Assembly (NCBI RefSeq): GCF_006345805.1 | Contig: NW_021835401.1 | Coordinates: 1 to 40,277, forward strand | DNA: 40,277 nt | From: Octopus sinensis | Lineage: Eukaryota | Direction of reading: 5' to 3' | Part shown: one piece after another, positions 39,457 to 40,277 of the stretch | How positions within the stretch are numbered: the stretch's first letter is position 1 | How the letters are laid out: the number at the start of each line of letters is the position of its first letter | Position numbers and translations under genes: made by a program | The notes under the pieces: model-generated | Seen by the model: the letters and a program-made list of their open reading frames with translations, nothing else | What the model was told of the DNA's origin: nothing | The model's database searches: none

Positions 39457-40277
39457 TATTTCTTTACTACCCACAAGGGGCTAAACACAGAGGGGACAAA
39501 CAAGGACAGACAAAGGGATTAAGTCGATTACATCGACCCCAGTGCGAAACTGGTACTTAATTTATCGACCCCGAAAGGATGAAGGCAAAGTGGACCTCGG
39601 CGGAATTTGAACCCGAACACTTAACGGCAGACGAAATACTTATTTCTTTACTACCCACAAGGGGCTAACACACAGAGGGGACAAACAAGGACAGACAAGG
39701 GATTAAGTCGATTACATCGACCCCAGTGCGTAACTGGTACTTAATTTATCGACCCCGAAAGGATGAAAGGCAAAGTGGACCTCGGCGGAATTTGAACCCA
39801 GAACACTTAACGGCAGACGAAATACCTATTTCTTTACTACCCACAAGGGGCTAAACACAGAGGGGACAAACAAGGACAGACAAACGGATTAAGTCGATTA
39901 CATAGACCCCAGTGCGTAACTGGTACTTAATTATCGACCCCGAAATGAAAGGCAAAGTCGACCTCGGCAGAATTTGAACCCAGAACACTTAACGGCAGAC
40001 GAAATACCTATTTCTTTACTACCCACAAGGGGCTAAACACAGAGGGGACAAACAAGGACAGACAAACGGATTAAGTCGATTAAATAGAACCCAGTGCGTA
40101 ACTGGTACTTATTATCGACCCCGAAAGGATGAAAGGCAAAGTCGACCTCGGCTGAATTTGAACCCAGAATAGTTAAAGGCAGACGAATACCTATTTCTTT
40201 ACTACCCACAAGGGGCAAACACAGAGGGGACAAACAAGGACAGACAAAGGGATTAGTCGATTACATCGACCCCAGTG
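39457..40277 (-). repeat. Second tandem array of SINE S1 (tail type 2), at least 4.5 units, continuing past the window end
   Basis: Reverse complement of the 34081-type units; unit 3' ends at 39457, 39641, 39827, 40009 and 40192. Confidence 0.92.

Overview
Eukaryotic, almost entirely repetitive DNA. The SINE families look like octopus/cephalopod repeats; that host call is from recall and is unverified. The only host coding sequence found is a 134-nt exon of a doublecortin-like (DCLK-family) Ser/Thr kinase at 39308-39441 (+), so the preceding ~39 kb is probably one giant intron. Its core (7724-28444) is a head-to-tail nest of Tx1-clade LINEs from two families (A, B). Every element is on the + strand, and every pre-existing element end except one internal junction abuts a (CTAT)n/(CTAC)n tract, which points to a GATA-microsatellite-targeting retrotransposon. 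These LINEs carry a 3'UTR stem-loop with compensatory base changes, conserved splice-like cassettes, and a 3' tail shared with the tRNA-derived SINE that forms tandem arrays later in the window (candidate LINE-SINE partnership). Left of the nest, two R4/Dong-like RLE LINE fragments end in (TAA)n, next to a 4.4-kb (ATT)n tract. To the right lie four SINE families amplified as tandem arrays (one with a 4-unit higher-order repeat), Helitron-like ends, RTE and CR1 fragments, and a ~4.1-kb inversion reconstructable from a split 14-bp target-site duplication. Most short ORFs in the supplied track are microsatellite or antisense artefacts. Coordinates were read by eye and may be off by a few bases.
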